Of a stretch of DNA of 64,000 bases, positions 39,581-52,796 are shown piece after piece. How positions within the stretch are numbered: the first letter of the stretch is position 1; each line of letters opens with the position of its first letter. Made by a program: the position numbers and the translations under genes. The notes below the pieces were generated by a model. The model worked only from the letters and a program-made list of their open reading frames with translations, was not told where the DNA came from and made no database searches. The DNA comes from the human T2T-CHM13v2.0 reference genome, Homo sapiens, in NCBI RefSeq assembly GCF_009914755.1, contig NC_060946.1. One strand, written 5' to 3'.

Positions 39581-41231
39581 TAGGATTTGTCCAAAACATA
39601 ATAAATCCCCTTGGCCAAATTCATGGACCCTGGCAGGGTAAGATCAGAGATAGCATCATTTCTGCCTATGTGGCTGACATTCATTATGTAAGTCCCATGT
39701 ACCAGGATCCCCATCCCATGCAAGCTCCGTGAATGATCACTCCCAACCTTATAAGGTTGGAAGTATTAGCTCCCCATTTTGTGGATGAGGAAACTGAGGC
39801 CTAGAGAAATTAAGTAACTTGCCAAATGTCACACAGTAAAGAATTGACAGAGTTGGGATTCGCACCTAGATCTGTCCAACTCCAGATCTCCCTGAGCCCT
39901 TCACTACTGCAAAATAGCTACTCAACTGGCTTGCTGTATGATTTGGGGCAAGTTCCTCAAACTTTCTGAGTCTCAGATTCTTTTTTTCTTTTTCTTTTTT
40001 TGAGATGGAATTTCCCTCTTGTCACCCAGGCTGGAGGGCAATGCACGATCTCAGTTCACTGCAACGTCCGCCTTCCGGGTTCAAACCATTTTCCTGCCTC
40101 AGCCTCCCAAGTAGCTGGGATTACAGGTGCCCGCCACCACGCCTGGCTAATTTTTGTATTTTTAGTACAGACAGGGTTTCACCATCTTGGCCAGGCTAGT
40201 CTCGAACTCCTGACCTCTGGTGATCTGCCCGCCTCAGCCCCCCAGAGTGCTGGGATTACAGGCATGAGCCACTGTGCCCAGCCTCTTTTTCTTTTTTTTA
40301 AGACAAGGTCTTACTCTGTCACCCAGGCTGGAATGCAGTGGGCAATCTCTGCTTACTGCAGCCTCAACCTCCTAGGCTCAAGTGATCCTCCCACTTCAGC
40401 CTCCCAAGTAGCCGGGACTACAGGCGTGCGGCACCAGGACCAGTTAAGCTGAGCCTCAAATTCTTTACCTATAACTTGTCCCTTATTTAAGCTAACACAT
40501 GGTAGGTGCTGAAGTTGATTCTCTCTCTCTCTCTTTTTTTTTTTTTTTTTTTTTTTTTTTGAGACAGGGTCTTGCTCTGTCACCCAGGCTAGAGTGCAAT
40601 GGCATGATCTCGGTTCAGTGTAGCCTCAACCTCCTGAGCTCAAGCGATCCTCCTGCCTCAGCTTCCCAGAGTAGTGGGATTATAGGCATGCACCACTGTT
40701 GATTCTTTATAGATGTTAATTCTCTGCTTAACACACACGCCCCTCCAACTCCCACCACACATACAGACACAGACACACACACACGCACGCACGCATGCAC
40801 GCATGCACGCCAGCCCCACAACAGGAGGAATGTAACGGAAGCAATGTTTTGTGTTCTGTAACCTGTTTCCTTTTCCTGGACACACAGGAAGGTCATGTTC
40901 TCATTTTTCCTGCAGTTAGTAGAGTCACGTGACTACATAAAGGCCAGTGAAATTATACGTGACCCCTGCGCAAAGGCAGTTAAGTGTGGATGTGCCTCCT
41001 TTGATTTTCTGATTCCCTTTCCACATGCAGAGGATTCAGGAATAGATTCCAGGGGAAGCCTGGGGTGGAGGCAGGATTGGGGGGCAAGGTCACTGCTTGG
41101 AAAAGAGCTCCCTGGGAGAGCCCCAACCTGTATCAGACTTTGCAGGGGTGAGAAATAAACTCTGATTGGGTTAAACCACTGAGATATTTGGTTTGTTACA
41201 GCAGTCAGCATTAATTACACTGAATAAAACT

Positions 41232-41625
41232 GTGTATCAGTTATCAATTGCCACAACAATGCTACATAACAAACCACCCCAAAACTTAGTGCCTTAAAAC
41301 AGCAACCGTTTTTTTAGCTCAAGATTTCATGGATTGGCACTTTAGCCTGGGCTCAGCTAAAGATTTTTCTGGTCTCAGTTGGGCTTACTCATGTATCTGT
41401 GGTCAGCTATTGGATTAGCTGGTGACTGACTAGGACAGCTTCAGCTAGGATAACTAGTCCCTGTTCCAGTGGTCTCTTAGGCAGGATAGCCCAGGCTTGT
41501 TCACATAACAGCTGCGAGAGTTCCAAGAGAATAAGTGGAATCTCTTAAGGCCCAATCTCTTAACACCCAGGCTTCGAACTGGCAATGCCACTTCCGTATA
41601 TTCTATTGGCCAAAAATAGTCACAT
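41232..41625 (-). mobile_element. MLT1-type (MaLR) LTR relic
   Basis: TGTATCAGTTATCAATTGCCACAACAATGCTACATAACAAACCACCCCAAAACTTAGTG signature. Confidence 0.7.
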
Positions 41626-41960
41626 GCCTGCCTGGGCATGGTGGCTCACACCTGTGTAATTCCAGCACTTTGGGAGGCTGAGGTGGACGGATTACTTGAA
41701 ACCAGGAGTTTGAGACCAGCCTGGACAACATGGGGAAACTCCATCTCTATAAAAATTAGTCAGGTGTGGTGGTGAGTGCCTGTAGTCCCAGCTACTCGGG
41801 AGGCTGAGGTGAGAGGATCACCTGAGCCCAGACAGGTCAAGGCTGTAGTGTGCCATGATCGCACCACTGCACTCCAGCTTGGGTGACAGAGATCCTGTCT
41901 TAAAAAATAAAAAAGAGCTCAGCCTCTAGAATCACAGCCCTGGGCTTAAGTCCTGACTCA

Positions 41961-42393
<433 letters not shown>

Positions 42394-43025
42394 CTATTGT
42401 GAGAATTGACTGAGGGAATGCACCGTGGAAACGTGTGCTGTAAATTACCTATTTTATTACACCCAAGGTGGGCTTAATAGCTGTCAGGGAGTGTTAGTAT
42501 TATCTCAACCAAACCCCCAATTTACAGAGGAGAAAACAAGAGCCTCAGGCAGGTGATGTGACTTGCCAAGGCTGCATAGCTAGGGAGCAGTGATGTCCCC
42601 ACCGTACTCAAGTTTGTCTGTTTCCAGAAGCTAAGGTCTTAGCCTCTCTACAGTTAGAAAGTCCTAGGTTTGAGTCTCGACTCTGTCCATTATAGCTGTG
42701 TGACCTTGGGCAAGTCACTTTTCTCTCTGGGCCTCATTTTTTTTCTTCGTCTAAAGAAATTAGCATCTGTCTCATAATGCCATGGGGAATCAATGGGAAA
42801 ATACAAAGAAAGTGCTTAGCAGAGTGCCAAGGAGGGACAGTGTGCATGCTCAGCAATTGAAGGCTGCCAAGTTCCTGTTATCATCAGGGGCAGTGTTCCA
42901 TCCATCAAAAGGGCTAAGAATAGTCTTAGCCCGGCCAGGCGCGGTGTAATCCCAGCATTTTGGGAGTCCGAGGCAGGTGGATCACCTCAGTTCAGGAGTT
43001 CAAGACCAGCCTGGCCAACATGTCA

Positions 43026-43262
<237 letters not shown>

Positions 43263-43342
43263 TTACTGTGGGCTAAGCTTTAGCCCAGTGCCCAGCACAT
43301 ATTATAAACTTCATAAGCAGTTGCTATTTTAAAGGGTTTTTG

Positions 43343-43373
<31 letters not shown>

Positions 43374-46300
43374 TGAGACAAGGCCTCGCTCTGTCGCCCA
43401 GGCTGGAATGCAGTACTTTTAAAGTTCTGAACCCTGTTGGAGGCCAATATGAGACCATGGGGGACCCCAGGCCCCAACTGGCAGTGGCTCCAGGCACTGC
43501 CTCCGTGCCATTTGGCTATTATTAGGCCCGGCGTCCTCATCTCAAATCCAGATGGGGATCGAGAAGGGCGGGTAGGGCAGGGCCTGGCTGGCGGAAGGCT
43601 GGGAACACGGCTTGGAGGCTGGGTTTGGGTTTGGGCCCCACCCTGCCTGCCTTCCCTTGCTTGCAGCTGGTCCAGCCGCCACGTCTACACTTGGCTCTGA
43701 GGTTGTTGCAGAGCACTCCCTCCCACCGTGGCCGCCTCCTCTGGGAAGATGCAGAGCCCTTCTGCAGCCTCAGCACTTTTCTCCCTGCCCTAGAGAGGCC
43801 AGGCCTGCGTGGAAACTCTGAATTGGACACTGCGCGCCTTCAGAACCGGCAAAGGAGCCATCCACCCCGCTGTCTACAGGTCTTCATGCCTCCAGTGAGG
43901 CTTACTGGATCTGCTGAGGGGGAAGGGCCTATATACCTGGGTTCAAATCCCTTCGCTACCACCAACATGCAGTGTCAACTTGGACAAATGACTTCCCCTC
44001 TCTGAGCCTCAGTTTCTTTGCCCATAAAAGGGACAGAACGTTAGCATCTGCTTTATAGGGCTGTGGTGATGGTTACATGAGTGCATGGTATGCCATAGGC
44101 ACTCAATATGTGTCAGTTATTTCATGCTTAAGTGTGCCAGGCCCTGAGGAGGAAACAAAGTTTTGAGAGGTTGAGAATCTGGGATGCACAATGGCTCTGC
44201 TCCTGATTTGCTACACTACCTGAAGCCTGTCCCTTGTCCTCTCTGGGACTCAGTTACCTATTTGAACCATAAGGTGGGTATCTAGGACTCTGTGATGCCA
44301 AGATTCAGGTGCTATGTTCAGAAGTAGAGAGAAGGGTTTGCTGGGATCCCACACTGACAGGTTGGTAAAATATTCATTCTCGGACTGGACTCTGGAGCCA
44401 AAATACCCTCAGCCCCTGAGCTGCTCCAGATACTCCCTACTCTGCCAGTCCAGAGCTGAACCTGGAAGAATCTAGACCCTTCTTGTTACAGTTTTTTGCC
44501 CTAGGAGGGCCTGAAGGAGGCGAGTCAAACCCCCTCATTTTACAGATGGGCAGACTGAGGCCCAGGTCTCCCCAGTGCTCAGGTGTCATCCAAGTGGAGC
44601 TTCCAAATGGTGGATGGTAGAATATGGTGATTAAGAACAAATGTTCTGGCCGGGCGCAGTGGCTCACGCCTGTAATCCTAGCACTTTGGAAGGTCAAGGC
44701 AGGCGGATTTCTTGAACCCAGGAGTTCGAGACTAGCCCCGGCAACATAGGGAGACCCTTGTCTCTACAAAAAATAAAAAAATTAGCCAGGCATGGTGGCA
44801 CGTGTCTGTAGTCCCACTGTGAGCCTGGGAGGTCAAGGCTGCAGTGAGCCATGGTTGTGCCACTCCACTCCAGCCTGGGCGACAGAGTGAGACTCTGTCT
44901 CAAAAACAAAACAAAACAAAAAAAAAAACAACAAAAGAACGAGGGTTCTGAGCCTGTCTCCTTATCTGTATAATGGTGGTCTTACCTCACAGGACTCAAG
45001 CTGTGAAGGTCATAGTGGTAACAAAATTGCCACACATGTAGTATAAGCATGATCAGGAGCCAGTGTCCAACCCATCAGGTAGCAATTACATAGTGTCCCA
45101 CCATGAGCCTAGACCCCCACTCCCTGCGCCCAGGCATCAGGGACTCCCAGAAGTCTAAAGAGGTCCAGGCTGGCACATCCAGAACTCTCTCCTTCCTGTT
45201 CCAGCCCCTTGCCTCTCCTTTGTCTGTGAGGCTGGGTCTCCTGGAATTCACTGCTGCCCAGTGGGCATCTGAGGCCCCTTCTCCTCCTGCAGGGCCAGAA
45301 GTTTGCCTGGCACTGTTGCCCAGAGAACACAGCGGCTGGATGACATCCTGGAGATGATGGCCTTGCCAAACTGGTTTCCCAGCAGGTCCTCAGTCCCACT
45401 CCGAGGGCTGCTGGCCATGACCTAGGGCGCATCCAGTTCTGCACATAAGGAGGAAGGTCATACCCCTTGGATCCAGCCAACCCCAACAAGAACCATCCAC
45501 CTCTAGGGGCTCCATTCTCCAGCCTCACCTGCCTGTCTGTTGCCCAACAAGGTCGTCACAATCCTACTTCCGTTCCTTTGCTAATGCTGTTCCCGTCTCC
45601 AGAATGACAGTGCTGTCCTGGGGAGAGAGGCTTAGAGAGCCCAAGGCACAGCTCCTCCATTGTGCATATGAGCAAGTTGAAGCTCCAAGAGGGCCAACCC
45701 TTACCTAGGGTTGGAGCCAGGGGTAAGACACCCATCACCCTTCTTGCCTCCTGACCCAAGGCCTGGGCTTTCTCTGAAGGACCCTGACTGGGTGGAGGGT
45801 TAGCCAGGGTGACTTAGGGATGCAACACAGACAGCTTGGTAAAATAGTCATTCTCAGACTTGAGCTCTGGAGCAAAATATTACCCCTAGCCTCTGAGCTG
45901 CTCCAGCCACTTCCCATTCTGCCTTTCCAGGGTTGAACCTGGAAGAACCTAGAGTAGACCCTTTCTGTGACAGCCCCTTGCCCTAGGAAGGCTTGAAGCA
46001 GACCAGTCTAATCACCTCATTTTACAGGGGGCAGGCTGAGGCCCAGGCCTCTCTGGTGCCCACAAGATACATTCATCCTGCTCATCTGGTATTCAGAATC
46101 CTTGGCAAAGAGAACCACCCACATTTCCTGCTCCGCCCACAGCCTATCCTCCTCCTTTTCCCAGACTATTGGTCTTTGCTCACACTGTTCCTATGCCACA
46201 AATGCCCTTTCATGCCTTTCCCCCTCTTCTATGTGGGATGAATTTTAAAAATTAGCTGGGCGTGGTGGTGTGTGCCTGTAGTCCTAGCCTCTTGGGAGGC

Positions 46301-47468
46301 TGAGATGGAAGGATTGCTTGAGCCAGGAGTTTGAGGCCATGGTAAGCTGTGATCATGCGACTGCACTCCAGCCTGTGGGACACAGCAAGACCCTGTCTCC
46401 AAAAAAAATAAAATAAAATAAAAACAAGTGTGACACACAGTTTATACACCACTTCCCTAAGAAGTCTTCCAGAGCTTCCCCCATCCTAGTGGCAGCAAAG
46501 TGGAGGGAAGGGGCTTCAGCATCAGGCAGAATTCCACTTTAGTCTGAATGCCTTTACTAGGCCAAGGTGCCTTCACCTCCCTGAGCTTCAGCTTCCTCTG
46601 TCGAATCAGAGTGTACCTATCTTGCACAGTGGTCACCTGGCAGTAGTGGGAGCCCCACGTCTGACATGCAACAGGTGTTCAGCAAATGCTGGGGCCCTCG
46701 TCACGGGATGTTTACTCTTTCCTCGGCTGTAGCTGTAAACTTCCCTAGCACTGTACCGGACTGCCCTTTGATCTCTAGATCACCCCCACTCCCTTGCAGA
46801 GAGGAAGACAGAGGCAGGCGGGTATGTCTGGAGGTGGACCCAGGCACTAAGGGCTTGAAGGGGCAGGACCCACACATCCCTTCCATAGGGCCAAGGGCTA
46901 GTGAGCGCATGTGCCAGACAGTAAATCCAAGCATGGAGGAACTCACCTGTACCATTCCTCCTAGCCTACAGTAGGGCAGGGAGAAAGGAGGGCATTAGCA
47001 CAAAGCAGGCCATTCATTGGAGCTGGTGACCGCCATTCAGGCAGGCCCTGAAAATCAGAGGTGGCCTAGGTGTGCCCTGCATGAAGGGGAGGTCCCAAGG
47101 GACGCGTGAATTTTGAAGTATTCAGAATTGGTCTTAGAGGGCGCCTGACCCTCGTTCTGGATAATAACATGGCATCTCGCCCAGGTAGAGAAAGCCTAGG
47201 ACCTTGAAATATGTCCTCCGAAGTGAGCTCTGTTTGCCTCTCCTGCTGTGTAGCATTGACAAGTCGCTTTCTTCTGTGCCTTGATTTTCTTTTTTCTTTT
47301 TTTGAGACAGAATCTTGCTCTGTCGCTTAGGCTGGAGTGCAGTGGCACAATCTCGGCTCACTGCAACCTCTGCCTCCAGGTTCAAGTGATTCTACTGCCT
47401 CAGCCTCCCAAGTAGCTGGGATTACAGGTGCATGCCACTTGCCCGACTAATTTTTGTATTTTTAGTAG

Positions 47469-47606
<138 letters not shown>

Positions 47607-48419
47607 TAAAATGGGACCACTTCTCAGGGGTGTGGGGATGAAATGAAATGACACATGGAAAAGACTCTCAGTGTGGAGACTGGGCCTTTCCTTAGATGGG
47701 GGCTGGGGGGTGTCACAGAGGACCTGAACCGGGGCTCTTCTGGGTTAACAGGCTGAAACCACCTCCCCAGAATCCCACATTATAGTGGTTAAAAGCAGGG
47801 TCTGGACTCAGAAGGTGCTGGGTATGAATCACAGCTTTACTACTTATCAGCTGTTGTCCTCATCTGTAAAATGGGGCAATAGTCATGGTCTCATGTGCTT
47901 GTTATGGGCATTATATGCCTGGTACATGGCAAGTACAAAATAAATGATTTGTTATTGTTTTTATTTGACAGGACTCCAGACCCCATCCTCCCAACTCCAC
48001 CCACTTTAGTCTCCATGGAGACCCAAGGGCGGCTTTAGGGCCTCTGGCACTGAAGATGGAATAGCTTTGCCTTGTGGATCTGACCTCCTGGGTACCCTGG
48101 CTGATTCCTTGTTTGGTCTTGGACATGTCAGCTCTCTCTGGGCCTCAATTTCCCCCTTTTGCTGAATGACAGCCTGGACTCCATATTCCCTATTTAGGAC
48201 TCCAGCGCTCCTAAAGGCAGACTCTCAGGGCTTGGAAGGTAGAAGCATGCTACAAGAAGGCAATGTCTGTTCAAAGGTGTGTGGGCTGGGGGAGGCGTGC
48301 TGTGTGATTGATTCTGCTCCACCTGAGATGGTCCCGGCACTCCAACACAGGGTCAAGGTGCTGCCAGTCACTCAGTCCCTGCTCTGAGGTGGCTCAGACC
48401 AGGTGTCCCGAAAGCAGCC

Positions 48420-49250
48420 TAGGGACGGCGGCCAAGCTTAAACACTGACGCGAGAAAGGGGTGGAGTCGAGGGAGGGGACGTGGTCTCAGGAACAAAGAG
48501 GAGGGCGGAGAGGGGCTGTCCTGAAGGCCCCAGGAAACTTACCTCGGCTCGGGGCGCCCCCCCCGACTTGGCGCAGAGCCTGCGTCCCCCTGCCGATGCC
48601 CACCCGACTCGCTAAAGCCACCGAGGCAGACGACCCCAAGACTCCCAATTTCCGACCTCCCTGGCCCGCGAGGGGCGGGGCCTTCCTCTCGGGGCGTGGC
48701 CGTCAAATTGAATTTTCCCAATGGGGCACGAGAGTGGGAGGTACCCAATCGAGGGTTGGCTGGCGCGTCGGGGCAGGGCGGGGCCAGCCGGGCTGCTGGC
48801 GCGGCTGGACGGGCAGCTCTCCGCAGAATCCAGGGGACGGTTGCTGAGCGGGCCTGGGACAGCGGGTCGCGGCACCTCCGGCCTGCGCGTGTCTAATCCG
48901 TCTGTCGGGTCCCGAAAGAGCTAAGCCGAGCCTGCGCCGGACGGGTGGGCTGGACTGAGAGGTGGGTGTGCGGACCTCGGGGGGGATCCTGGTGCTGCCC
49001 CAACGTGTCCGGGGGTGGAACCCGGATGTCTAGACAGGAGTTCTGGAACGTCCAGACCTGGGAGCCCCCACCCATACGAGAGGTCTAAGCCATGGGATAA
49101 AGTTATGAGACTGTTGGGGGAAGACGCCCCCGGATTCCTAAGAGACTCCACGCCCCACAGGGGCGCTAGTCTGTGGCGGCAGAAACCCTGGGGAAGCTGC
49201 CACAGAATCCTGAGGCCCCTCACAATGTCCGGCGACCCCAGACTGTGTGA
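48420..49250 (+). promoter_or_regulatory. SMTN: CpG-island promoter of SMTN (smoothelin-B)
   Basis: Sharp rise in CpG and GC content, GC boxes (GGGGCGGGG ~48672; GGGCGGGG ~48776), no TATA box; directly precedes the exon-1 donor at 48961/48962. Confidence 0.9.
48824..48961 (+). other. SMTN: SMTN exon 1 (5'UTR, non-coding; TSS approximate)
   Basis: Donor GAG|GTGGGT at 48961/48962 inside the CpG island; in-frame TAA at 48922 and no ATG after it; 5' end estimated. Confidence 0.7.
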
Positions 49251-50683
49251 CAGGGAGATTGGAGAAGAGCAGCGGCAGGGATCTTCTTATAATCCCATGG
49301 GTGTCCTAGATTAGGCATTAGGGTCAGCTGCCCCATAGAAGAACAGACATGGGGGGAATCAGAATGTCCGCAGAACCTAAGGCTGGTGACCACTGGACAG
49401 TCTTGAAGAGGTTTAACCCAGACAGAGTAACTAGGTAAGAGGCAAGGATCCTAACAGGCAGAGATTGGGAGGTTGACACCTCTGAGCCTACCAGGATGGG
49501 AGGGGGAACAAGCAGTGACTTGAACAGGCTGGGACCCACACACCCCAACTGTGTGGAGCGGTAACCCTCACCCCCCACCCATGCACCGTATGGGGTGACT
49601 TCCCAAGTGACTGTTCTGAAGAGAGGGAAGGGATGATTGAAAGATGAATCAACAGGAGGTGGGGGGCAGGCCTGGGGCCACACATTAGTCAGTCACCATA
49701 CATTAACTAAGCATCCACAGTGTGCCAGACCAGGGCCCCTCAAATTCCAGACAGACATTAGTTGGGGCTACAGGAGGAAGGAGAGATCTGCGCTGGGAGG
49801 CTGGGCCAGGATTTAGGGGTCCATTTTGATGGGCAGCACTGGGGCAAGATGGGGCTCTTGCCTCTGTCACTGAGAGTGTTCCAGGCCCTTGAGGGCACTT
49901 TGGAAGGGAGCTTCGGAAGCCGGAGATGACGAAGATTTTGATTACATCCTTCTCTGCCCTCTAAGTCTTTGGCTTCCTCCTTGCTCAGTGACAAATCCTT
50001 GGCCCTCTCCAATCTTCTCAGTTTGCCTGAAATCCAGGGGTTGGGCAGGTCAGCTTCTGAAAGCCCTTCCAGGTGGGGAATTGAATTCTGTATGAATTGG
50101 CAGGAGGTGCTGGGTGCCTGGACACCTGGCTTCAGGAGGTCTGGACAGCAGAGCTGGCTCCAAGAATCGGAAGACACAGTGTACCTTCCTATACCTGGGG
50201 GAATGACAGTGGTGGTGGCAGCAAGAACTACGGGTTCAGCCCACAGCCAGAAGCTGAGCCTGCGGAGTGGGTGGGGGCTGGGTAGGCCCTGTGGATGGGT
50301 GGGTGGGGCAGGAAACTGGAGACTGGAGTGCACCCCCTGGTGGTAAGCACAGCTTGGGTGGGTCTTGCCAGGCCCTGGCTTCTCAATCCAGGTCCCTGCC
50401 CTCCCTGTTTTGAGGTTTAGACAGGATGAGAGTCCATCCCAGGCCACACAGCAGACTGGCGGCCAAGCTGGCAGGGCTGGAACCAGAGACCCCCTACCCT
50501 GGGTTTGGTGAGTTTTCCAGCAAACCACCCTAGGGCAGAGGGCAGCTTCCAGCCAGGAGCCACATTATAGGATGGGACAGTAATGGACGCTCCTAGGTTA
50601 GAGAGGGAAAGTAAGGCACAGAGCCTAAGTGCCTGTGGTTTCTGGAAGCCCCAGCATGCCTGATTCATGTCTGTCCCCTGCAG

Positions 50684-50763
50684 AATTCTCTGAGCTGGTG
50701 ACAGGTGCCACAGGCACTGGGGATCTCACCAGAAAGGAACCGACGGAGCTAGGGGCCAGCGAG
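50684..50763 (+). other. SMTN: SMTN exon 2, 5'UTR part
   Basis: Acceptor TGTCCCCTGCAG|AATTC at 50683/50684. Confidence 0.85.
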
Positions 50764-50814
50764 ATGGCGGACGAGGCCTTAGCTGGGCTGGATGAGGGAG
50801 CCCTTCGGAAGCTG
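50764..50814 (+). CDS. SMTN: Smoothelin exon 2 coding part, MADEALAGLDEGALRKL (aa 1-17)
   Basis: GAGATGG Kozak context; recognisable smoothelin-B N-terminus; donor CTG|GTAAGT, phase 0. Confidence 0.97.
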
Positions 50815-52456
50815 GTAAGTGGCCCCATCACCCACTGTGGGGACAGGAAAGCCAAGCCAGAGAGGCAGGGTCAATCCAGGGTACCTCTCAGCTGACAGGA
50901 AGAAGTGATGGGGGAAAGGTCAGGAGGAGGGGGACATGGGAACAGGGGTAGGCCAGTTCCATGTGGCTGATGCAGAGGCCCTTGTGGCATGTGCCTGTCC
51001 ATGCCTGGTACTGAAGCCTAGTCCCTCCCAACCCTCCACAGCCACCACCTGTTTAAACAGTAACTGCTGTAGACTCGCCCGTATGCAGCCACAGGTGTGG
51101 GGAGGCTGGATATGCCTCTCCAGAGCAATAGCTCGGGCAATGCCCACCCCTGGAAGCTGGCCCAGTGATAATGGTAGCAGCAATGATTAATAATGCCAAG
51201 GCCTGGCAGGGGGCAGGCTGGGTACTGGGTATACCATGTCACAGAATAATCACAGCAGCTCTGAAAGCCTGGGCACTGCGACTCAAGAGAGTTAAAATCA
51301 CCTGCTCAAGGACACCCATCTAAGAAGGAGCTGTGCCAAAATCCCAACCCCATAGTGGGCCACGGGGGACCAGAGTCCTGGGAAAGTCAAGGCTGGACGA
51401 GGCCATAAGAGAGAGACAGGTTTTGTGGGCCCTTATGGATTCTGTGGCTTCTCATCTCATTTTTCTACTCTTGAGTCTCAGTTCCTCTACCTGTAAAATG
51501 AAGGGAGGGAGGGAGATGTGTTTGCACACAAGCTCTAGGTCCTAGAGTTGGCATGGGGACAGAATGAGGCATGGACCCAGATCTCAGGTGGAGGAAAGAT
51601 GAGCCCACTCCATCCCCTTTCTTGTTCCTCTTCCTGAGAGCCCTGTCTACCTCCATGCACAGAGGCCGTAGGGCAACCCAGTGGGGCAGGGCTCCTTCCC
51701 CAACCCCAAAGGCCAGGCAGCCTGACCTGGAGGAGGGGCCAGAGGAGCTCCATCTCCTCAGTCCCTGACCCTTGTCCATGGGGGTAAATTAAAGATTTAC
51801 TTTACCTAGAAGACAAGTGACCCACCCCACTCTCATACCTTCCCCCGCAGGCAGAGGCTGGAACCAACCAGCGTAGCCCAGCCACTGGGCAGTGCCCAGC
51901 TGCTGCCATGACCTCCCCAAGGCACTCTGCCTGTATGTTCTCGGACCAGCGCATTAGACTCTCTGGGTGTCTGCCTCTCCACTATCACCGCAGGATGTGT
52001 GCAGCCTGGAGGGGATGAGGTTAGGTTTCCAAAGGTGCCCGCCAGTCAGTTCGACCTTCCCTCAGGAAGTCCAAGTCCCAGTGGGGGTCGTAGAGGCAGC
52101 ACAGTCCAAAAAGAGGGAATGCCAGGCCTGGTTCCCGCACATCCTCATCTCAAGGTATCCACAGGCAGGCTCAGGGTTCTTCAGCCGCCACCTCCCTCTC
52201 TTAAGCGAGGCTCGGGCGGCGCTGGAAAAGAGTTTTGGAGAGAAGCTGGAGCAGTGGTTGAATCTCTGGGAAAGGACAGATGAGAACCTGCCCCGGTCTC
52301 GGGATCGGTGCCTCTCGAAGTCTTTCCGACCCCGGGAGCGGCTCCTCCAGCACCCGGCGCCCGCCATTACTGCGCCCCGCGCGCCGGCCCGGCCCCCGCT
52401 GGCCTCGTGGCAAGAACGGGGGCGTCCCGAGCCGGGCTCCTCCCCGCGGGGCCGGG

Positions 52457-52466
52457 CCATATAAGG
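52457..52466. promoter_or_regulatory. Consensus CArG box (SRF site) CCATATAAGG
   Basis: Exact CC(A/T)6GG in an otherwise GC-rich island of a smooth-muscle gene. Confidence 0.8.
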
Positions 52467-52577
52467 AAAAGCTAGGCCCGCTCCGCCCGCCCTGCGCCCC
52501 AGCGTCTGGCCGATTTGGGGACGCGGGCAGTCGCTTCCGGCCCCGGCTCCCGCACATTCTTGAGGATTGGGCCGGGG

Positions 52578-52796
52578 ATGGGAGGAATGGGGACGCCTGG
52601 GGACTTGCACGCCGCGTGCCCCTCCACCACCCGCCGGGACGCCCTCTGCCTCGGTCCCGAGTTCGAGTTCGACCTCCGCCACTCAGCTGGGTGTCCTGGG
52701 GACCTTGGTTTCTTCCCTTTAGATCCGGACACTGAAGCAGGCGGTAGCGGGTGTCTTCCTACCTGGCTACCCCTTCGGCGCCTAGCGCGAGGCAGG
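52578..52796 (+). CDS. SMTN: Candidate alternative first coding exon of SMTN (MGGMGTPGDLHAAC...LARGR, 73 aa), in frame with exon 3
   Basis: GGGATGG Kozak at 52578, open frame, phase-0 donor AGG|GTGGGC at 52796/52797. Confidence 0.6.
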
